64,000 nucleotides of DNA from Ignavibacteriota bacterium (GCA_963701295.1 OY969585.1:2080001-2144000), one strand, 5' to 3'. Shown: positions 28,274 to 38,498, counted from the first letter of the stretch. Numbers and translations are program-made. Notes: generated by a model not told the origin, from the letters alone.

Positions 28274-31072
28274 CTAATGCGCTTCTAACCAATTCTTGCC
28301 TACTCCCAGATCAACCTCGACAGGAACCGAGAGGGGAAGGGCTTGCTGCATCTCCCTTTCAACAATTTCTTTCACGATACTCGCTTCTTTTTTTTGTACT
28401 TCAAATACCAATTCATCATGAACTTGAAGAAGCATCGAACTGGCAAGTTTTTGCTTCTTGAGAACTGCATCGATGTGCACCATTGCCAGTTTAATCATAT
28501 CTGCTGCCGTTCCCTGAATCGGCATGTTGATAGCTTGCCGCTCAGCGTTCTGGCGAACGTTCTGGTTGCTACTGCGAATATCTGGAATGTACCGCCGCCT
28601 GCCCAGAAGTGTGCTGACATATCCATCTTTGCGTCCGCTCGCGATTGTATCGTTGATATATTGTTGAACTTTGGGAAAGCGGGCAAAATAACGAGCAATA
28701 ATTTCTTTTCCTTCAGTCTGACTAATCTCTAATCGGTTGGCGAGACCGTAAGCACCGATGCCGTACATAATTCCAAAGTTGACTTCTTTTGCCTTCCGCC
28801 TCATATCTCTCGTTACATCCGTCGCATTGATACCGAATACTTTTGCTGCTGTTGTTGTATGGATATCTTCATGATTCTTGAATGCCTGTGTCAATCCCTC
28901 ATCGCCGGAGATGTGCGCCATCACTCGGAGCTCGATCTGTGAATAATCGGCGGAAAGAATAAGCGATTGAGCGTTGCCGGGAATAAATGCCTTTCGAATT
29001 GATCTGCCAATTTCCGTACGGATTGGAATATTCTGAATATTCGGATCGCTGCTGGATAATCTTCCAGTGGTAGTTACAGTTTGATTGAATGATGTATGCA
29101 CTCGTCCGGTTCTCGGGTTGATAAGTTTCGGAAGTGCATCGATGTAGGTCGATTTCAACTTTGTGGATTGACGGAAGTCGAGGAGCATTTCAATGATCGG
29201 ATGCGAGCCTTTCAACGTTTCAAGAACAGCGACATCTGTGGAAAAACCGGTTTTTGTTTTGCGCACCGATTGCAGCTTGAGTTTATTGAAGAGAATTTCT
29301 GCAAGCTGCTGTGTGGAGTTAATGTTGAAAGATGTACCGGCAGCTTGATGAATTTCTTTCGTGAGCTTTTCGAGCTGCTTCTCAAGTTCTTTTGACATGT
29401 CCGCCAGATGGTTAACGTCGATAGAGACTCCGGCACGCTCCATTCGTGCAAGAACTGAAACTAAAGGGAATTCCACTTCTTCACAGAGCCCGATCATTCC
29501 GAGTTCAAGAAGTTTCTTCTGAAATGTTTCGTACAGGCAGAATGTGATGTCGGAATCTTCACACGAATAATCGGAAAGGGCTTGAAGGGAAACATCACGG
29601 ATGTGCTTTTGCTCTTTACCCGTACCGACCAGTTCGGAGAAAGAGACGGTTTTGTACTTAAGATATTCCGCAGCTACATCATCCATATTATGCTTGCCGT
29701 CCGCACGCACCATGTAGCTGGCAATCATCGAGTCAAACAGAGCGCCTTCAACATTGATGCCATAGTTCGACAACACCAATATGTCATATTTAATATTATG
29801 TCCGATTTTCTTGATGTGAGGATCTTCCAGAATCGGCTTGAGCTTATTACAGATGAATTCCGGCGGCAAGCCGATTGACGAGTTAGGTTCATTATTGGTG
29901 TTTCCAAAGAGACCTCCTTGTCCATGTGTTTTCTTTCCTGTGATCGTAATATAGAAAGCTTCATGCGGCTTGAGGGCAAATGAAATTCCGACGAGTTCGG
30001 CATTCAACGAATCGGTGGAGGTTGTTTCAGTATCGAAGACAAATTCCTGTGCCGATTTCAACTTAGCGCAGAGAGAGGTGAACTCTTTTTCTGTTGTGAT
30101 GAGCTGGTAGATATGTTTGTCCTTGGTGATATCGGAGAGGGGTTCCGGAGGTTTGAATTCAATATCAGGATCAACACTATTTGATGTTTCCTGAGTCTCC
30201 ATCCGGAGCTTGCTCAGGAGTGAGCGGAATTCCAGTGCTTCAAACAATTCCATGAGCTTTGGAGTGTTTCTTTGTTCTGCTTTGAGCGAATGGAAATTGA
30301 TAGTAAGCGGTACGTTGATATCAATCGTAACGAGATGCTTGGACAGCGATGCCAATTCTTTGTTCGACTCCAATTTAGCGCGCAATCCCTTTTGAGGAAT
30401 CTCGTCAAGATGACGATACAGTTCTTCGATACTGCCATACTTCTGGATGAGCGGGATTGCGGTTTTCTCGCCAACCCCCGGCACACCCGGTATATTATCA
30501 GAGGCATCGCCGATTAAACCGAGAATGTCTATGACTTTGTCGGGAGTGACACCGAATTTCTGTCTCACTCCTTCAATGTCTACAATTTCGATGTCGGATC
30601 CTTGCTTGCCAGGTTTGTAAATTTTCGTTGTATCGGAGACAAGCTGCATAAAGTCTTTGTCGGGTGTGACGAGGAACGTGAGAGCATTTTCTCGCTCTGC
30701 CTGTTTTGCAAGTGTGCCGATGATATCGTCGGCCTCAAAACCATCCATCTCAACGACAGGAATATTGTAAGCACGCACGACTTCTTTCAGCACCGGAATT
30801 TGTGTGATCATGTCTTCAGGCATTTTCTGACGTGTGGCTTTGTATTCCTTATACGCCTTGTGCCGGAACGTAGGTTTGCCCGTGTCGAAGACGACGGCAA
30901 TGTGATCGGGAAATTCCTGTGTGAGGATACGGTTTAAAAACGTGACGAATCCGTAGACCGCGCTGGTGTTCTCACCTTTCGAATTCATCAGCGGCTGACG
31001 TATAAATGCGAAATAGGCACGGTATGCCAGTGCCATTGCATCGATGAGATAAACTCGCTCAATTTTTGACAT
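28274..31072 (-). CDS. polA: DNA polymerase I
   Basis: 5'-3' exonuclease (EADD, GD.SDNIPGV), 3'-5' exonuclease (FDTET, HNIKYD, YSCED), polymerase (TGRLSS, DYSQIELR, VHDEL). Confidence 0.99.
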   Translation of the reverse strand: MSKIERVYLIDAMALAYRAYFAFIRQPLMNSKGENTSAVYGFVTFLNRILTQEFPDHIAVVFDTGKPTFRHKAYKEYKATRQKMPEDMITQIPVLKEVVRAYNIPVVEMDGFEADDIIGTLAKQAERENALTFLVTPDKDFMQLVSDTTKIYKPGKQGSDIEIVDIEGVRQKFGVTPDKVIDILGLIGDASDNIPGVPGVGEKTAIPLIQKYGSIEELYRHLDEIPQKGLRAKLESNKELASLSKHLVTIDINVPLTINFHSLKAEQRNTPKLMELFEALEFRSLLSKLRMETQETSNSVDPDIEFKPPEPLSDITKDKHIYQLITTEKEFTSLCAKLKSAQEFVFDTETTSTDSLNAELVGISFALKPHEAFYITITGKKTHGQGGLFGNTNNEPNSSIGLPPEFICNKLKPILEDPHIKKIGHNIKYDILVLSNYGINVEGALFDSMIASYMVRADGKHNMDDVAAEYLKYKTVSFSELVGTGKEQKHIRDVSLQALSDYSCEDSDITFCLYETFQKKLLELGMIGLCEEVEFPLVSVLARMERAGVSIDVNHLADMSKELEKQLEKLTKEIHQAAGTSFNINSTQQLAEILFNKLKLQSVRKTKTGFSTDVAVLETLKGSHPIIEMLLDFRQSTKLKSTYIDALPKLINPRTGRVHTSFNQTVTTTGRLSSSDPNIQNIPIRTEIGRSIRKAFIPGNAQSLILSADYSQIELRVMAHISGDEGLTQAFKNHEDIHTTTAAKVFGINATDVTRDMRRKAKEVNFGIMYGIGAYGLANRLEISQTEGKEIIARYFARFPKVQQYINDTIASGRKDGYVSTLLGRRRYIPDIRSSNQNVRQNAERQAINMPIQGTAADMIKLAMVHIDAVLKKQKLASSMLLQVHDELVFEVQKKEASIVKEIVEREMQQALPLSVPVEVDLGVGKNWLEAH

Positions 31073-31160
31073 GAATCAGCTTGCCTCTTCTACTCTCGTG
31101 TTACTCAACATTGTGAGAAAAATATACGGAAAGGTGGTCTGAAAACAAAAAAACATTAGA

Positions 31161-31186
31161 GGAACACACTGTTGATGAATTTCGTC
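31161..31186 (+). promoter_or_regulatory. Putative ECF-sigma promoter
   Basis: GGAAC-N17-CGTC. Confidence 0.45.
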
Positions 31187-31209
31187 TCTTTAGTAAAGAA
31201 AGTGCGACC

Positions 31210-31238
31210 TTGACAATCATTTCAGATTTGAGTATCAT
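31210..31238 (+). promoter_or_regulatory. Sigma70 promoter
   Basis: TTGACA-N17-TATCAT. Confidence 0.7.
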
Positions 31239-31256
31239 TATTTCATAAAAGAAAGT

Positions 31257-31766
31257 GTGAAAATGAAAATCTTCATAAAAACCTCATTTGCTTTAATAGT
31301 CGTTACTTTTTTAGCTATTGGCCAATTTAAATCTCAACCAGAAGCGAGTTCTTCGGTAACCGAATCTATGATTAGGCAGGATGATGGCGGATTACTGTTC
31401 GGCTGGTTTGATCCAAGCCGCTTTACGATGCACAATAGCTATTCGCTGAGTTATATGACATCTGGCGGAAAAGGATTGTCACTTGGCACATTGACGAGCA
31501 GCCTTGCATATCAGATTTCAAATCCGCTTTCAGTGCAATTCGATGTCAGTTTGATGCACTCGCCGTATAACAATCTTGGCGGTAACTTTTCAAAAGAAAT
31601 CTCCGGTGTATACCTTTCTGGAGCAGAATTGAATTATCGGCCAAGTAAGAATACGCTACTTCAAATTCAGTATAGACAACTGCCTGCAATGTATTGGTTG
31701 AACAACTACGACAGGTTTGATTTCATGTCGGGATTTGATCGAATCGATGAGGAGGAGAGTCACTGA
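31257..31766 (+). CDS. Hypothetical exported, beta-strand-rich protein
   Basis: Signal peptide; alternating aromatic/polar strands (HNSYSLSY, AELNYRP, LQIQYRQ). Confidence 0.75.
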   Translation: MKMKIFIKTSFALIVVTFLAIGQFKSQPEASSSVTESMIRQDDGGLLFGWFDPSRFTMHNSYSLSYMTSGGKGLSLGTLTSSLAYQISNPLSVQFDVSLMHSPYNNLGGNFSKEISGVYLSGAELNYRPSKNTLLQIQYRQLPAMYWLNNYDRFDFMSGFDRIDEEESH

Positions 31767-31800
31767 ACTTCGATACGAAACGAGTGTGTGTATTAAAGCC

Positions 31801-31846
31801 GGGCCGAGCTGAGTTGTTACTCGTCAGCTTGCTCGGTTCTTTTTTT
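31801..31846 (+). terminator. Intrinsic-terminator-like hairpin
   Basis: GGGCCGAGC...GCTCGGTTC followed by T7. Confidence 0.6.
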
Positions 31847-31857
31847 ATCGGGCAGGA

Positions 31858-32403
31858 ATGAAACACACAAAACCTTCCGACACTGCCGTCCAAACTGATA
31901 CTGCGGATATACCACGAGAACGCGTCCCCCAGCTTCAGACCCGTACAGCACATAATAGCAAATTGATGAAGGGCGTATTGGGTCTGCTTTCCTTGGCGCT
32001 TATTGTTACCGTGTATGTCCTTGCGCATAGAAGCTTCTCGAACCACAGTGCCACGATCGATCCATTGCCATCATCGAAAGACCATGTGCTTGAAGTAGAG
32101 GTGTTGGATGGTGCAGGGAACATGAAGGCTGCTCAATATGTGACAAATATTCTTCGCTCGCAGGGGTACGATGTCGTGGAGATGAAAAGAAACAACGATG
32201 GAATGATCGAACGCACCTATGTGGTCGACCGTTCCGGGAATCTCGAAGCTGCACGAAAACTTGCAACGGCCCTTGGAATTGCCCAAGACAAAGTATTTCA
32301 GAAAATTAACCGCAATGTGTATCTTGATGTGACAGTCATGGTTGGAAAAGATTTTTTCCGATTGAAGGTGTTTCAAGCATTGAATGAAAGGAGTAAACGT
32401 TGA
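31858..32403 (+). CDS. Membrane-anchored LytR C-terminal-domain protein
   Basis: TM helix, then VEVLDGAG...A...LR..GYDVV and DVTVMVGKD. Confidence 0.85.
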   Translation: MKHTKPSDTAVQTDTADIPRERVPQLQTRTAHNSKLMKGVLGLLSLALIVTVYVLAHRSFSNHSATIDPLPSSKDHVLEVEVLDGAGNMKAAQYVTNILRSQGYDVVEMKRNNDGMIERTYVVDRSGNLEAARKLATALGIAQDKVFQKINRNVYLDVTVMVGKDFFRLKVFQALNERSKR

Positions 32404-32810
32404 TAGCAAGAACACTCGCAAAACGAATTGCCGACTTGATGATATCCAAGAAGGCACATGATGTTGTGATCTTGGATTTGAAAAAACTCACAAGCGCAGC
32501 TGATTATTTCGTGATTTGCTCGACAGATTCCGATACGCAGGTGAAAGCCGTTGCGGACGCAGTGCGCGATGGAATGGAAGAATCCAATGAGCGCGTGTGG
32601 CATTATGAAGGGTACCAAGCATTGAAATGGATTGTGCTGGATTATGTTGATGTCGTGGCACACATCTTCTATAAAGAAGATAGATCCTTCTATAACCTCG
32701 AACGATTATGGGGTGATGCAAAGAAAACGGAAGTGAAAGATACAGTAGAAGCGTCTAAACCTGCAGCGAAAAAACGTCGAACAATCAGGCGTAAGTCATC
32801 AAAGAAATAG
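32400..32810 (+). CDS. rsfS: Ribosome silencing factor RsfS
   Basis: KKA.DV..LD, DYFVIC, W.VLDY.DVV.HIF, R.FYNLERLWGDA. Confidence 0.96.
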   Translation: MIARTLAKRIADLMISKKAHDVVILDLKKLTSAADYFVICSTDSDTQVKAVADAVRDGMEESNERVWHYEGYQALKWIVLDYVDVVAHIFYKEDRSFYNLERLWGDAKKTEVKDTVEASKPAAKKRRTIRRKSSKK

Positions 32811-32915
32811 CTCCTCAAAATATTTAGTAGAATAATTCCAGAGATTATTGATAAAGAAAGACGAAGGAAACGTTATTGCTCAGAATATTAATTTGTAAAA
32901 AACAGCAGCGATATT

Positions 32916-32999
32916 CCCTCTCCTCACAGGAGAGGGTTAGGGTGAGGTCAAAGAACAAGAGCCGCACAAAGTGAGCTTTGGCAAGCGGGGGTGAGGTCA
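32916..32999 (+). repeat. Palindrome plus purine-tail repeat upstream of the DUF559 gene
   Basis: Perfect 9-bp stem CCCTCTCCT-cac-AGGAGAGGG, then TTAGGGTGAGGTCA; GGGTGAGGTCA repeated at 32940-32950 and 32989-32999. Confidence 0.75.
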
Positions 33000-33395
33000 T
33001 TTGTTGTGAAGAAACATCTTCTACAATATTCAAAAGCATTTGTACCAATTGCACGAGTGCTTCGAAAACAAATGACCGATGCTGAACGAAAACTGTGGTC
33101 GTTGCTGAGGGGAAATCAGTTAGGCGTAAAATTCCGTCGGCAAGTTCCTTGTAGTCATTATGTTGTCGACTTCTACTGTGATAAGGCGAAGCTTATTATT
33201 GAACTTGACGGTAGCCAACATTATACAAACAAAGGGATGCAAAATGATATTGAATGATATAGTTACTTGCTTGGAATTGGCTGTGAAGTAATTCGACATT
33301 CCAATTTTGAAATCCTCGAAAATGAAGATGGGGTAATGCAGGATATCTTTGAACATGTGAAATTGCGAACAGGCAAGTTTTTGGACCCCCTGTAG
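32991..33395 (+). pseudogene. DUF559 (Vsr-like) endonuclease interrupted by an in-frame TGA
   Basis: AR.LRK.MT.AE..LW, KFRRQ, VDFYC, IELDGSQH; TGA at 33255-57 at a likely Arg position, and the same frame continues YSYLLGIGCEVIRHSNFEILENEDGVMQDI to TAG at 33395; likely start GTG 33006. Confidence 0.85.
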
Positions 33396-33413
33396 TCCCC
33401 CTTAGAGGGGGAC
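33384..33413 (-). repeat. Palindrome plus G-tail repeat downstream of the DUF559 gene (inverted orientation)
   Basis: GACCCCC-TGTA-GTCCCCCT-tag-AGGGGGAC, perfect 8-bp stem. Confidence 0.7.
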
Positions 33414-33507
33414 AGAGTAAGAGCAGAGCAATTAGATCAAACTGTCCTTATATCAAATATTTTTTATTTAACTTAATAGTCAACAAAGAAAAAACAAGCT
33501 GAAAAAA

Positions 33508-35160
33508 ATGAAGAAGTACCTCACTGAAAAAGTCGGTGCAGCCCTTCATTCGCTTTCGTATGAAGGTCTTGCAGCACTAACGTTTGAAAAGCCGAAGGAT
33601 GAGACGCACGGCGACATAACAACGAATGTCGCTATGCTCCTTGCAAAATCAGCAAAGAAGAATCCGCGTGGGGTTGCACAGGAGATTCTTGGCAAGCTAG
33701 ATGTAGATCCGAAATACATTTCAAAAGTTGAGATTGCCGGACCTGGTTTTATCAATTTCCGATTTACAGAAGAATTTTTTACTGCGCAGATCGGTTCTAT
33801 AGTACAAAATCCGGCAACGTTTGGAAGAACAGACGTTGGTGGTGGAAAAAAGACACAGGTGGAATATGTCAGTGCTAATCCGACAGGCCCTCTCAGCGTT
33901 GGTCACGGACGTCAAGCGGCTCTTGGAGATACGATAGCCAATCTTCTCGTATGGGCAGGATATGATGTTACCCGCGAGTACTATTATAACAATGCAGGCA
34001 GGCAGATGCGTATGCTTGCGGAGTCAACGTATGCGAGGTACCGGCAGCTTTTCGATCCGGCATTCTCATTTCCTGAAGATGGTTATCAGGGTGACTATAT
34101 CCGGGAGATTGCAGAGGATTTAAGAAAAGAACGCAGTGATTCTATTGTTTCTTTGCAGCAGGAAGAGGCGCTCTCAGCATGCAAGGAATTTGCCGAGCGT
34201 GCATTATTTGAAGCTATCAAGAAGGTACTCGCGCGGATGGGAGTTGTGCATGATGTGTTTTTCAACGAAGATTCGCTTTATAGCAGCGGGAAAATTCAAG
34301 AAGTCATTCAGGAGTTACGCACGAAAGAACTTGCGTACGATCTAGATGGTGCCGTTTGGCTAAAGACAACAGCATTAGGACTTGACCAGGATCGTGTTAT
34401 AGTCAAGTCCACAGGCGAGCCGACATATCGCTTGCCGGATATTGCATATCACCGGGAAAAATTTAAACGCGGGTTCGATCTGATCGTTGATGTGTTCGGT
34501 GCGGATCACATAGCAACTATTCCTGATGTTTTAGCCGGAGTGAAAGCCCTTGGGTATGACCCGGAAAAAGTGAAGGTTGTCATTCATCAATTTGTAACGT
34601 TAGTACGTGATGGCGAGCAAGTGAAGATGTCTAAACGGTTGGCAAATTTTGTCACACTCGATGAGTTAATTGACGAAGTCGGCTCAGATGCTGTAAGGTT
34701 CTTCTTTTTGATGCGTTCCACATCAAGCCATTTGGAATTCGATTTAAATCTTGCAAAAGAGCAATCGGAAAAGAATCCAGTCTATTACCTGCAATATGCT
34801 CATGCACGTATTGCCAGTATCCTTCGTTTTGCAGAAGGGCAGGGAACATTCAGCATGGCGGATTCCTTTGTCGACATAGAATACAATCTGTTGAAAGGTT
34901 CGACCGAAATTGCACTTGTGAAGCTGCTTCTTGAGTTCCCGGAAACCGTTGAGCTGTGCGCGATAAGCTTCGAACCACACCGGCTGACCACCTATTTGCA
35001 CGATGTCGCCACAGCGTTCCACAAGTTTTATCATGAGCACCGAGTTGTTATCCCAGAAATCGAGCTTGCAAAGGCACGCCTTGCTTTATGTTCGGCAACA
35101 AAGACTGTGCTTGCAAATGGATGCAAAATATTAGGTATTTCTGCTCCCGAACGGATGTAA
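33508..35160 (+). CDS. argS: Arginine--tRNA ligase
   Basis: EYVSANPTGPLSVGHGR, D.FGADH, KMSKR, NPVYYLQYAHARI, LGISAPERM. Confidence 0.98.
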   Translation: MKKYLTEKVGAALHSLSYEGLAALTFEKPKDETHGDITTNVAMLLAKSAKKNPRGVAQEILGKLDVDPKYISKVEIAGPGFINFRFTEEFFTAQIGSIVQNPATFGRTDVGGGKKTQVEYVSANPTGPLSVGHGRQAALGDTIANLLVWAGYDVTREYYYNNAGRQMRMLAESTYARYRQLFDPAFSFPEDGYQGDYIREIAEDLRKERSDSIVSLQQEEALSACKEFAERALFEAIKKVLARMGVVHDVFFNEDSLYSSGKIQEVIQELRTKELAYDLDGAVWLKTTALGLDQDRVIVKSTGEPTYRLPDIAYHREKFKRGFDLIVDVFGADHIATIPDVLAGVKALGYDPEKVKVVIHQFVTLVRDGEQVKMSKRLANFVTLDELIDEVGSDAVRFFFLMRSTSSHLEFDLNLAKEQSEKNPVYYLQYAHARIASILRFAEGQGTFSMADSFVDIEYNLLKGSTEIALVKLLLEFPETVELCAISFEPHRLTTYLHDVATAFHKFYHEHRVVIPEIELAKARLALCSATKTVLANGCKILGISAPERM

Positions 35161-35169
35161 AGGAGAGCA

Positions 35170-35196
35170 TTGACATTCGTCTAATTTTTCTATAAT
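35170..35196 (+). promoter_or_regulatory. Putative sigma70 promoter of the polysaccharide locus
   Basis: Consensus TTGACA and TATAAT, but only a 15-nt spacer. Confidence 0.45.
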
Positions 35197-35394
35197 TTTT
35201 CATCAACAAAAACAAAAAAGGTTACCTACTCCCGCCATTGATACTGCGTTTGTTTTACTGCTTATAGTTGATCGAATATTCAAGTACACATCTGAAAAGA
35301 TGTATTTCGTTTTTACTTAAGAATAGTGATGCTGCTAAGACTGTCGTGTTTTGAAATGCGGTCATTCTTTTGTAAATTTATTTTTAAACAGGCT

Positions 35395-35874
35395 ATGATA
35401 ACCTTCAAAAATGGTAAAATTCACGATGTTGTAATTCGCAATCTGATGAAATATCAGGATAAGCGCGGATGGTTGATGGAATTATTTCGTAGCGATGAAA
35501 TAGCGGAAGAATTTCTGCCAGCTATGTCGTATATTTCGCAGACAGAACCGGGAGTGGCTCGCGGACCCCACGAACATAAAGATCAAGCAGATTTGTTCTG
35601 TTTTGTCGGGCCTTCAATGTTTCGGCTGTATTTATGGGACGCACGAAAACAATCTCCAACATTTGAATATAGAATGGTATTGGATGCGGGCGAACTAAAG
35701 CCGCAAGCGGTTATTGTTCCGGCAGGAGTCGTTCATGCTTATCGCAATGTGGGAAGTGTTCAGGGATGGGTTGTGAATTTACCGAACAGGCTCTATGCAG
35801 GGGAAAAACGCAAAGAAATGGTCGATGAAATTCGGCATGAAAGCGATCCGAATTCACCATATCAACTGGATTAA
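35395..35874 (+). CDS. rfbC: dTDP-4-dehydrorhamnose 3,5-epimerase family protein
   Basis: D.RGWLMELFR, PGVARGPHEH, D.RK.SPT, VP.GV.H.Y. Confidence 0.88.
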   Translation: MITFKNGKIHDVVIRNLMKYQDKRGWLMELFRSDEIAEEFLPAMSYISQTEPGVARGPHEHKDQADLFCFVGPSMFRLYLWDARKQSPTFEYRMVLDAGELKPQAVIVPAGVVHAYRNVGSVQGWVVNLPNRLYAGEKRKEMVDEIRHESDPNSPYQLD

Positions 35875-35880
35875 GAATCG

Positions 35881-36915
35881 ATGAATCTTTTAGTAACAGG
35901 TGGTGCGGGTTTTATTGGAAGTAATTTTATCCGGCATATTATAAATAAATATCCGGAATACCGCGTCATCAATCTTGATAAGCTTACGTACGCAGGTAAT
36001 TTAGAGAACTTGACCGGTGTCGATAAAGATCCTCGCTATGCGTTTGAAAAAGGGGATATTTGTGATAAAGCGCGAGTCCAACTTTGTGTAATGCGATATG
36101 AAATTGACGCGATAATAAATTTTGCTGCGGAATCGCATGTTGATCGCAGCATCCTTGGAGCTGCGGAGTTTGTGCAGACGAATATCGTTGGCACACATGT
36201 GTTGCTGGAAGTCGCAAAAGAATTGAAGATCAAGCGGTTCCTGCAAGTTTCTACCGATGAGGTGTACGGATCACTTGGATTGACAGGACTTTTCATTGAA
36301 GATACACCATTGCATCCGAACAGCCCGTATTCCGCCAGCAAAGCTTCCGCTGACATGCTCGCGCTGGCGTATCAACATACGTTTGGCTTGCCGGTTGTGT
36401 TGACTCGCTGCTCAAATAATTACGGACCATATCAATTTCCGGAAAAGCTGATCCCACTCATGATTGCAAACGCCATCAATGATAAACCACTGCCGGTGTA
36501 TGGCGATGGTATGAACATCCGAGATTGGCTTCATGTGAAAGATCATTGTTCAGCTATTGATGAAGTGCTTCATCGAGGGCGAATCGGTGAAGTATACAAT
36601 ATCGGCGGAAACAACGAAAAACCGAACATTGAAATTGTTAGACTAATTTTACAAAACCTTGGAAAACCGGAATCGCTGATCACATATGTAAAAGATCGTC
36701 TTGGCCACGACCGGAGGTACGCTATTGATTCGAGCAAGATTCAACGTGAACTTGGCTGGCAGCCTTTGTACACATTCGAGCAAGGCATTGCGGAAACGAT
36801 CAAATGGTATATGAACAACCAGACTTGGTGGAAACGAATTATGAGCGGCGAATATAAAGAATACTATAAGCTTTTATACGGCGGTAGGGAAGTAGTGAAA
36901 AAGGTAGGGAATTGA
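35881..36915 (+). CDS. rfbB: dTDP-glucose 4,6-dehydratase
   Basis: [50 protein letters not shown]. Confidence 0.97.
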   Translation: MNLLVTGGAGFIGSNFIRHIINKYPEYRVINLDKLTYAGNLENLTGVDKDPRYAFEKGDICDKARVQLCVMRYEIDAIINFAAESHVDRSILGAAEFVQTNIVGTHVLLEVAKELKIKRFLQVSTDEVYGSLGLTGLFIEDTPLHPNSPYSASKASADMLALAYQHTFGLPVVLTRCSNNYGPYQFPEKLIPLMIANAINDKPLPVYGDGMNIRDWLHVKDHCSAIDEVLHRGRIGEVYNIGGNNEKPNIEIVRLILQNLGKPESLITYVKDRLGHDRRYAIDSSKIQRELGWQPLYTFEQGIAETIKWYMNNQTWWKRIMSGEYKEYYKLLYGGREVVKKVGN

Positions 36916-36976
36916 TTTAATATTAATCAATTAATTCTTGCCACAATGAAGTGAAACAATCTTGCCGAGATAATTT

Positions 36977-38440
36977 ATGAAGACATTCATGAAATGTAAC
37001 ATAGTAATATTTTTTCTTTATATAAGCGGGTCGCCGTTATGGGCGCAAACGATGGATGCCGTCAAGTCTTCTTCGTATGATCCGGCAAAAATGTTTCAGT
37101 CTGATCAGACACAATCGTCCCAGACACGGAAAATTTCGGTTGCTGTGACCGGTGCGGTGAAAAATCCTGGGACATATATTTTGAATTCATCGGATAGAGT
37201 GGATAGGGCTATTCAATTGGCCAACTTATATGATCTATCTAAGCAGGGCGATAAAGTTGATAGATCTAGCCAATTGGACAAAGACGATCAGCAGCTAGAT
37301 AAATTTAATCCAGACGAAATACATATATTAGATATAAAAGAAAAACCAAGGAGAAATATTCTTCTTCATCGCCGAACAGGAGAGATAATAAAAGTTGATA
37401 TCCTAAAATATTTTACGACAAAAGATGAGCATTGGAATCCATTCCTTTTTGATGGGGATATAATTTTTGTGCCGAGGTTTGAAGAGAAGAAAGATCTTTT
37501 TGCCGTCTATGGAGGTGTCAATGTTCCCGGACAAATTGAATATTCGGAAGGCGATCGTGTTACAGATGCGATTCAATTGGCTTACGGTTTTACATCAAGG
37601 GCGATAGTCGACAGTGTTGTCATCTATCGCTACGATGAAGACAATCAGCCGTTGAAGGAGCAAGTGATTCGTTGGACGCAAATTCAGACTGTCGAAAGTG
37701 AAAATGTTAAGCTTCAGCCGGGTGATAGAATTATTGTCCCAGAGCGTGAAGATTTGCGTGAAGATTATCATGTTACCATTTCCGGTGAAGTGCGTTTTCC
37801 CGGTGTGTACCCGATAACAAGAGAGCAGACAAAATTATCAGCCATAATTCATAAAGCAGGTGGACCAACTCAATATGCATCATTGAAATCGGCATTATTG
37901 TATCGGAATGAAATTGTCCCTAAAGAACTCCAGATAGAACAGATTATTGGTATGCGGGGAATTAATTCTATAGATGATAGTTCTAATTTTAGATTAGAGA
38001 ATGAATTACGCTTGCGCCGGGGAGTTGTTAATGTTGGTTTTGAAAAGCTGCTCATTGATCATGACACTACACAGGATGTGGTGTTGCACACAGGAGATTA
38101 TATTGATATTCCATCGAGAGTTATGACGGTATATGTGTATGGTCAGGTTGTTGTCCCGGGGAGAGTTCCATTTGTCCAAGGAGAAAATGTGGAACACTAT
38201 ATTAAGAAGGCCGGCGGCTATACAGAACATGCACAAAGAAGCGATGTTATGGTGGTTAAACGGGGGTCACGGCAGTGGTTGTCGCCTTCTGAGACAGAGG
38301 TTGAAGAAGGCGATTACATTTGGATTCCAAAAGAATTGGATAAGTCATCCACCTATTACTTGAATATCATCGGACAGACAGCTTCAATTATTAGTGTAGC
38401 GGTGAGTATAGTGTTGCTTACAATACAGTTAAAAAAATAA
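36977..38440 (+). CDS. SLBB-domain polysaccharide export protein (Wza/KpsD-like)
   Basis: Repeated V.G.V..PG SLBB units, GD.I.VP, C-terminal helix. Confidence 0.88.
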   Translation: MKTFMKCNIVIFFLYISGSPLWAQTMDAVKSSSYDPAKMFQSDQTQSSQTRKISVAVTGAVKNPGTYILNSSDRVDRAIQLANLYDLSKQGDKVDRSSQLDKDDQQLDKFNPDEIHILDIKEKPRRNILLHRRTGEIIKVDILKYFTTKDEHWNPFLFDGDIIFVPRFEEKKDLFAVYGGVNVPGQIEYSEGDRVTDAIQLAYGFTSRAIVDSVVIYRYDEDNQPLKEQVIRWTQIQTVESENVKLQPGDRIIVPEREDLREDYHVTISGEVRFPGVYPITREQTKLSAIIHKAGGPTQYASLKSALLYRNEIVPKELQIEQIIGMRGINSIDDSSNFRLENELRLRRGVVNVGFEKLLIDHDTTQDVVLHTGDYIDIPSRVMTVYVYGQVVVPGRVPFVQGENVEHYIKKAGGYTEHAQRSDVMVVKRGSRQWLSPSETEVEEGDYIWIPKELDKSSTYYLNIIGQTASIISVAVSIVLLTIQLKK

Positions 38441-38498
38441 ATTAAGCATATCATTATTGTTTTCAAATAAAAACGGGTGAAGGCTTAGAAAAGATATT

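Noticed and set aside
33255-33257. Selenocysteine or recoded TGA in the DUF559 gene
   Set aside because: The position corresponds to Arg, not Cys; no SECIS-like hairpin seen; TGA is a normal stop elsewhere in the window
35220-35310. ops/JUMPStart-like element or riboswitch in the polysaccharide leader
   Set aside because: The GGCGG-like motif is on the wrong strand and imperfect; only a small ACATCT-gaaa-AGATGT hairpin is present
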